Below are positions 54,155 to 56,479 of a stretch of DNA of 56,479 nt, piece after piece. The stretch is from a virus. Its lineage: Duplodnaviria; Caudoviricetes. A model generated the notes under the pieces. The model was not told the origin of the DNA. It searched no databases and saw nothing but the letters and a program-made list of their open reading frames with translations. The stretch is taken from positions 1 to 56,479 of the IMG/VR virus record IMGVR_UViG_3300035183_000127; one strand, written 5' to 3'. The position numbers were made by a program, and so were the translations under genes. The stretch's first letter is position 1. Each line of letters starts with the position of its first letter.

Positions 54155-54406
54155 TCACGGACGCTTCCGGGACGCGCCAGCGCGTTCCAGAGCGTCGCGC
54201 GCGTAGTCCGAAACCTTCTTGGCGTACTCCTCGCCGATCTGCGCCGCGATCACCCGCAGGGTCGAATACCGACCGGTCTCGTCCTGCCTCATCAGCAGCG
54301 CGACCGCGCAGCACAGGCGCTCCAGCGGATAGCGGCGCGTTCCTGTCGGCACCTTTCGCCCGCGCTTGTCCGTAGTCACGTCGATACACGATTTGTCGCA
54401 CTCCAT
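54155..54406 (-). CDS. Hypothetical protein
   Basis: Part of ORF 54155..54499; start uncertain. Confidence 0.55.
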   Translation of the reverse strand: MECDKSCIDVTTDKRGRKVPTGTRRYPLERLCCAVALLMRQDETGRYSTLRVIAAQIGEEYAKKVSDYARDALERAGASRKRP

Positions 54407-54416
54407 GGCAATCAAC

Positions 54417-54465
54417 CAACTCAAAATGTCGGCACAGAACGCATACATGCCGACAGTTTGAGTTG
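54417..54465. repeat. Long imperfect inverted repeat
   Basis: CAACTCAAA-A-TGTCGGCA / TGCCGACA-G-TTTGAGTTG, 13-nt loop. Confidence 0.75.
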
Positions 54466-54644
54466 CCTCAGTTTTGGTGCGGCGGGCAGGACTCGACACC
54501 TGCTCCCACGTCTGGCCAGTCGAGGTCCAGTGTTGGCGACCCGATAATTCGGGCCATACCTCATGGTCGTGGCGTTCCCTCCACTACCCCCTCCGGGCGT
54601 GTCCATCCGCGCTGCCGCCGCGTGTTCAGTTCACAATGTAGCTC

Positions 54645-55157
54645 TCACCGTCCATCCGCGATGGCTCGATCAACTACCGCAGAGATTGTGCTGTCGGCGA
54701 TGCTGAACACCTTCAGCCTGACCACGGCGTCATAAGACGGAGGGCCAGTAAAGCCAACGCTGGAGTTAAGCTCCAGATAGCGCCACCGTTGCGCGTCCTT
54801 GTGCAGCGCGCTAACCTCTTCGCGTAGGCGCTCGATCTCGTCGCGCGCGATATTGAGTTCGTCCTTCATCTTCTTCAGCTCCTCCTTCATCATCTCACCG
54901 CACCAGATTGCGACCCGACGCGCTTCCCTCCAGTGCGCCACGTCTGACCTCAAGCGCCTGATCTCACTCGCCGCCTCAGCGCATAGCTCGCCTGCCCCAC
55001 GCCTCATTTTCGGGAGGGCTCCAGACTTGTACATGAACACGGCCCTTTCCGGGACAGCATCAAGCCTCTCAAGAACCGTCATTTGTGAGTCTCCAGACTT
55101 GTACATTGACCCATCTGACTCGTCATCAAGCTTCTTAATCAACTCCGACAGCTTCAT
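54645..55157 (-). CDS. Hypothetical protein with duplicated YKS module and coiled coil (DAQRWRYL)
   Basis: Internal repeat shared with the neighbouring gene. Confidence 0.75.
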   Translation of the reverse strand: MKLSELIKKLDDESDGSMYKSGDSQMTVLERLDAVPERAVFMYKSGALPKMRRGAGELCAEAASEIRRLRSDVAHWREARRVAIWCGEMMKEELKKMKDELNIARDEIERLREEVSALHKDAQRWRYLELNSSVGFTGPPSYDAVVRLKVFSIADSTISAVVDRAIADGR

Positions 55158-55384
55158 ATCTGCCCATTCAGTTCGTCATGAACGATCTTGCCGACAGCAA
55201 CGGCAGAGAGGCGTGAAGCCTTCAGTTCGTCCAGTTCGTTCTGCAGACGACGTATCTCGACGGCTGCACGAGCGCACAGGTCAGCAGCACCGCGCCTGAT
55301 TCTCAGTGAGTCTTCAGACTTGTACACGAACACTGATCCTTTCGGGACAGCATCAAGCCTATCTAGCAACTCAGACTGGTTCAT
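55154..55384 (-). CDS. Paralog of the 54645..55157 N-module
   Basis: LDAVP...VF.YKS...RRGA..LCA.AA.EIRRL. Confidence 0.75.
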   Translation of the reverse strand: MNQSELLDRLDAVPKGSVFVYKSEDSLRIRRGAADLCARAAVEIRRLQNELDELKASRLSAVAVGKIVHDELNGQI

Positions 55385-55392
55385 GCTCCACC

Positions 55393-55515
55393 TCACAGCA
55401 ACCACACCACGAAGAAGAACGCTGCCACCAGCGCGACCACGACGATGCTGTCGGCAACGTCTGGCGGCGGCAGATGCCGCGCAGCCCTTACGATCCAGCG
55501 GTTCTCGTCATCCAT
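55393..55515 (-). CDS. Single-TM micro-protein (40 aa)
   Basis: MDDENRWIVRAARHLPPPDVADSIVVVALVAAFFFVVWLL. Confidence 0.55.
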   Translation of the reverse strand: MDDENRWIVRAARHLPPPDVADSIVVVALVAAFFFVVWLL

Positions 55516-55521
55516 GTGACT

Positions 55522-55800
55522 CTACTCCACGGAAATAGACCCGTCGATACGCGAAAGCACGTACAGCAGACCACCATCTGCCAGCGCACGCAACGTCTCG
55601 ACGGCTTGATTGTGTTCGTTGTACAGGCGCAGCGTTTCCTCAGACTCCACGCCAATTGTTGTCTGGAACATCAGCCTTCTGCTCTGCGAACTCAGGATTC
55701 GCTTCACCAGCTTGATGGACTCGGCCAGCGTAAACAGGTTGTTTACAGCGGCGTCGTCGAACGCCTCCGTAGCCTCCCTGAGTTCGTCGCAGCACTTCAT
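55522..55800 (-). CDS. Hypothetical protein
   Basis: MKCCDELRE...; start overlaps the stop of the reconstructed upstream gene. Confidence 0.7.
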   Translation of the reverse strand: MKCCDELREATEAFDDAAVNNLFTLAESIKLVKRILSSQSRRLMFQTTIGVESEETLRLYNEHNQAVETLRALADGGLLYVLSRIDGSISVE

Positions 55801-55838
55801 GGCTCTGTTGTCTTCTGCCACCTTGCCCACGCCTCGAC

Positions 55839-56479
55839 CTCAGTTACAAAGCGCTCGACAATTCGTACTCCAAGCTCCGCGTACTGGCCTCCACATAGAA
55901 GCTTGGCCACATCTGCATGTCGTCGAAGTCAATGAGTTTCTGCTCACAGTCAATTGGTCAGGCACGTGCGGCGCGCTGCTGCTATCCAAATCGTTGACGG
56001 TCCACAGGCCGTTGGCCCACTCTTCGCCGCCATCTTCGCTGGCATAGTAGCGGTCACAGAACTCACGTTCTGAGCGCCCTGCGAACGCCTTGCGCGCGAG
56101 CATCCCTGCAACTGCGCCGACAGGAACCATCGCCTTCACCAGCACCACCTCATGCTGCGGCAGGCCACGCTCCACACGGGCCTTGCCGAGACGATCCAGC
56201 ACACGGCTCAGGCCCTGCCAGCTTTGCTCATTCGTCGTGCCGAGCAGCACGTGCAGGTGCGCGAAGCCTGATAGCAGCCTGCCAGCCATATCCGACAGGC
56301 CATCTGGCGCGTCGATCAGGATCCACTGTGGATTGATCTCATCTCTCACTCGAGACAGCAGTACACCAAGTGCTCCTTTTGCTACCGCTTCTGCACAGCA
56401 CGCGTCCACGCCTGCAAGCTTGTTGGCATAGATTTCGTCGACGCTTCCTGCTGGGAAGACGATCAGGTCGCCGCTACCG
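55839..56479 (-). pseudogene. C-terminal part of the degenerate ParA/KGGVGR-type ATPase
   Basis: WILIDAPDGLSD..G..LSGFAHLHVLLGT..EQSWQGL..V...LG; apparent frameshifts near 55958 and 55917. Confidence 0.8.
56354..56479. repeat. Terminal direct repeat copy 2 (assembly overlap)
   Basis: Identical to 1-126. Confidence 0.95.

Noticed and set aside
54940-55380. Near-duplicate segments as DGR template/variable repeats
   Set aside because: Differences are not adenine-specific, both copies are coding, and no reverse transcriptase is present
56354-56479. 126-bp terminal repeat as a biological DTR or att site
   Set aside because: It is an exact overlap in the middle of a reading frame, with a length typical of a k-mer circularisation overlap
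1-56479. Stop-codon reassignment
   Set aside because: Core genes are full length in the standard code and use TAA, TAG and TGA as stops; no suppressor tRNA

Overview
An apparently complete, circular ~56.35 kb genome of a GC-rich dsDNA tailed phage with podovirus-like morphogenesis genes. The last 126 bp repeat the first 126 bp, which is an assembly overlap. The two-component spanin implies a Gram-negative host, and the gene families suggest a proteobacterium. Modules in order: leftward recombination genes (ERF, YqaJ-type exonuclease, SSB); a ~390-nt non-coding, heavily base-paired region; DnaB, dNMP kinase, nin-like genes and a Q-like regulator; a leftward early/accessory operon (NUDIX, SAM-lyase-like, DUF932); tRNA-Met(CAT); lysis genes (M15 endolysin, holin, Rz/Rz1); terminases, portal, accessory virion genes, scaffold and N4-gp56-type major capsid; tail fibre and tail tubular proteins; ejection proteins, including a 3634-aa polyvalent protein; an HslV-like peptidase and a metallophosphoesterase; and leftward small genes, including a tandem resolvase pair. 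I could not recognise an integrase, CI repressor, replication initiator, primase or DNA polymerase. Highlights: (1) a candidate novel multi-pseudoknot RNA with a G6-TA-G7 tract, located where a replication initiator gene would be expected; (2) a giant ejected polyprotein whose effector modules are each delimited by an (F/Y)-S-(L/I) motif; (3) a ~1 kb degenerate ParA-like (KGGVGR-type) ATPase fragment inserted into a phage gene between TCGAC repeats across the contig origin. All calls come from reading motifs by eye; no searches or folding programs were run.
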